64,000 nucleotides of DNA, taken from contig MSGS01000009.1 of NCBI GenBank assembly GCA_001940855.1, positions 64,441-128,440 on the forward strand. The letters are read 5' to 3'. This DNA comes from Christensenellaceae bacterium Phil1 (lineage in GTDB: Bacteria; Bacillota; Clostridia; Christensenellales; CAG-138). The notes beneath the pieces are model-generated. The model did not search any database, was not told the origin of the DNA, and saw only the letters and a list, made by a program, of their open reading frames with translations. The position numbers and the translations under genes are program-made. Below are positions 62,363-64,000 of this stretch, one piece after another; position 1 is the first letter of the stretch; every line of letters begins with the position of its first letter.

Positions 62363-63646
62363 ATGGCTAAGGAAACAAACGCTGCCCTGCAAAAGCAGGT
62401 GATATATTCCGTTTATGTGCGCAACCATACGCCGGAAGGCACCTTTGCCGCCGTGGCGGGCGACCTTGACCGCATACGCGCGCTGGGTACGGACATAATA
62501 TGGTTCATGCCGATTCATCCCATAGGTATAGTGGGCAAGAAGGGCACGCTCGGCTGCCCGTATGCCAACCGTGATTACAGAAGCGTTAACCCCGAATACG
62601 GCACGCTGGACGATTTTAAGGCGCTTGTGGGCGAAATACACGCGCGCGGCATGAAATGCATGATAGACGTTGTATATAACCATACCTCGCCCGATTCCGT
62701 GCTTTATAATGAGCATCCGGAGTTCTTTTACTATAATGCCGCCGGCAAGCCCGGCAACAAGATGGGCGACTGGGCGGACGTTATAGATTTGGATTACAAT
62801 AACCGCGCCCTTTGGCAATACCTTACGGATACGCTCGTTATGTGGGCAAAGATTGTGGACGGCTTCCGCTGCGACGTGGCGTCATTCGTGCCGGTGGAGT
62901 TCTGGCGGCAGGCACGCAACGCCGTGGCTAAGGTCAATCCGGACTGCATATGGCTTGCGGAGACGGTGCATTTAAGCTACGGCTGCCTGGCCCGCAGGCA
63001 GGGCATATATTCAGCGCTTGATTACGACGCTTATTCCGCGTTCGACATGGAATACGAATACGATGTGCGCGAGGTTTTTGATAAATATCTGCGCAATGAG
63101 GCTGCCCTGAGCCATTATACGGACATGCTCAACTTTCAGGAGGGCTGCTACCCGGCCAACTACAATAAGCTGCGCTTCCTTGAAAACCACGACCAGCCGC
63201 GCATATGCTCCTTCGTGCGCGATGAACGCGCGCTTATCAATTACACCGCCATGCTCTATTTCATAAAGGGCACAACTCTCATATACGCCGGTCAGGAGTT
63301 TGAAAACGACCATCTGCCCAGCCTTTTTGACATAGATAAGATGGACCGCAATACCGGGCGCGACATAAGCGGCCTTATGCGCACGCTTTGCGGCATAAAG
63401 CAGCGCTTCGGCGAAGCGGACTGGTTTACCGCAGCGGCGGATGATACAAACGACATTGCCGTTATGCAGCGCGGAAGCCAAGGCAAGCGGTTCGTGGGCA
63501 TATTCTCGCTGAAGGCTAAAGGGGCGGACGTAAGCATAGCCGTGCCGGACGGCGAATACGAAAACCTGATAGACTCCTCTACCGTTACCGTAAGCGGCGG
63601 CATGCTGCATTGCGGCGGCAAGCCCATAATATTCCGGGCTGAGTGA
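62363..63646 (+). CDS. GH13 alpha-amylase-family glycoside hydrolase
   Basis: From the ORF track. DVVYNHTS (region I), GFRCDVASF (region II), WLAETVH (region III) and FLENHDQPR (region IV) are present. Confidence 0.88.
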   Translation: MAKETNAALQKQVIYSVYVRNHTPEGTFAAVAGDLDRIRALGTDIIWFMPIHPIGIVGKKGTLGCPYANRDYRSVNPEYGTLDDFKALVGEIHARGMKCMIDVVYNHTSPDSVLYNEHPEFFYYNAAGKPGNKMGDWADVIDLDYNNRALWQYLTDTLVMWAKIVDGFRCDVASFVPVEFWRQARNAVAKVNPDCIWLAETVHLSYGCLARRQGIYSALDYDAYSAFDMEYEYDVREVFDKYLRNEAALSHYTDMLNFQEGCYPANYNKLRFLENHDQPRICSFVRDERALINYTAMLYFIKGTTLIYAGQEFENDHLPSLFDIDKMDRNTGRDISGLMRTLCGIKQRFGEADWFTAAADDTNDIAVMQRGSQGKRFVGIFSLKAKGADVSIAVPDGEYENLIDSSTVTVSGGMLHCGGKPIIFRAE

Positions 63647-63703
63647 AGCTATAACGCATTATAAAGTCAGGCCCGTGCATAGACGGGTGTCCGTAAAACA
63701 GTT

Positions 63704-63744
63704 AATCCTCCGTATGGCTTAGACCATGCGGAGGATTTGTTTAT
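63704..63744 (+). terminator. Terminator after the GH13 gene
   Basis: AATCCTCCGTATGG-loop-CCATGCGGAGGATT followed by TGTTTAT. Confidence 0.7.
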
Positions 63745-63775
63745 GTCTAATCTTCAAACTTGCCGGCGGCAAGTC

Positions 63776-63931
63776 CACAGGGGATAGCCGCTTTAGCAGC
63801 GCAAGGGGGGTGTAGCCACATTGACGGAACGAAGTGACGCATCATTCTCGGTCATGCAGTATCCTCCTGCTGACGGAGCATGAAGCTCCGCAGGACGCAC
63901 GATACTCCCGTTAGGAGAGTATAGAAGTGCG
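63776..63931 (+). other. Unassigned hairpin-rich intergenic segment (possible leader or sRNA)
   Basis: There is a nested imperfect hairpin AGTATC-CCTGC-GGAGC-ATGAA-GCTCC-CAGG-GATACT at about 63859-63906. There is a second hairpin TACTCCC-GTTA-GGAGAGTA. GGGGATAGCC and GGTGTAGCC form direct repeats. No ORF covers the segment. Confidence 0.25.
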
Positions 63932-63956
63932 CCCTTTAGTTCCTAAAGGGTTTTTA
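63932..63956 (+). terminator. Intrinsic terminator-like hairpin closing the structured segment
   Basis: CCCTTTA-GTTCC-TAAAGGG followed by TTTTT. Confidence 0.55.
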
Positions 63957-64000
63957 TCAGTTCGACAAACTGGAAGTTGTCTCTATCAGAGTCCGTAATG

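Noticed and set aside
63927-64000. GTGCGCCC at 63927 as a possible group II intron 5' end
   Set aside because: The motif is part of a hairpin (CCCTTTA/TAAAGGG) followed by TTTTT, which is better explained as an intrinsic terminator. Only about 70 nt remain before the window ends, and no domain I features could be recognised.

Overview
This is a 64-kb chromosomal window, apparently from a moderately high-GC Clostridia-type Firmicute. That attribution is inferred from gene content and AGGAGG-type ribosome-binding sites; no database search was possible. All family calls come from motif recognition by eye, and most coordinates not taken from the ORF track were hand-counted, so allow a few nt of error.

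Layout:
- (1) 1-7.9 kb: right-hand part of an integrative mobilizable element. It carries a partial type I restriction R subunit (hsdR, runs off the window), an XRE regulator, a MobV relaxase with a pMV158-like oriT candidate, a RepA-like AAA ATPase, an excisionase-like HTH, a second XRE regulator and a tyrosine integrase. It abuts the 3' end of guaA.
- (2) 7.9-15.5 kb: core genes guaA, xpt, clpB, rpmB, a YitT-family gene, maf and tRNA-Asn.
- (3) 15.5-29.5 kb: a visibly lower-GC island between tRNA-Asn and a convergent six-tRNA operon. It has an orphan ParB-family gene, two small genes under twin promoters, and a tightly packed Tad/Flp-like (type IVc) pilus operon. The operon holds four short pilin paralogs sharing a [G/A]-EGYID motif, an A24 prepilin peptidase, CpaB-, TadZ-, TadA-, TadB- and TadC-like genes, pseudopilin-like genes, and a 1218-aa secreted protein with 8 Listeria-Bacteroides-type repeats and no wall anchor. 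The island ends in a 4+4 inverted array of the parS-half-site-like heptamer GTGAAAT/ATTTCAC. This island is my best candidate for an under-described system.
- (4) 30-50 kb: PfkB kinase, a YkvI-like membrane protein, an ABM protein, two ABC exporters with a LytTR regulator and a TM-less GHKL kinase, a feoA-feoA-feoB locus flanked by two DtxR-type regulators, an internally duplicated Cys/Gly/Asn-rich tiny membrane protein, DUF1003, a HerA-like DUF853 ATPase, an RsmF-like methyltransferase, and a T-box leader plus valS.
- (5) 50.2-62.3 kb: a somewhat lower-GC peptide and amidohydrolase utilisation cluster (DMT transporter, amidohydrolase, two M20 enzymes, Opp-type ABC transporter, LysR).
- (6) 62.4-64 kb: a GH13 glycosidase and an unassigned hairpin-rich intergenic segment ending in a terminator.

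No CRISPR array and no rRNA were seen. Many long ORFs in the track are antisense shadows of the real genes in the GC-rich parts.
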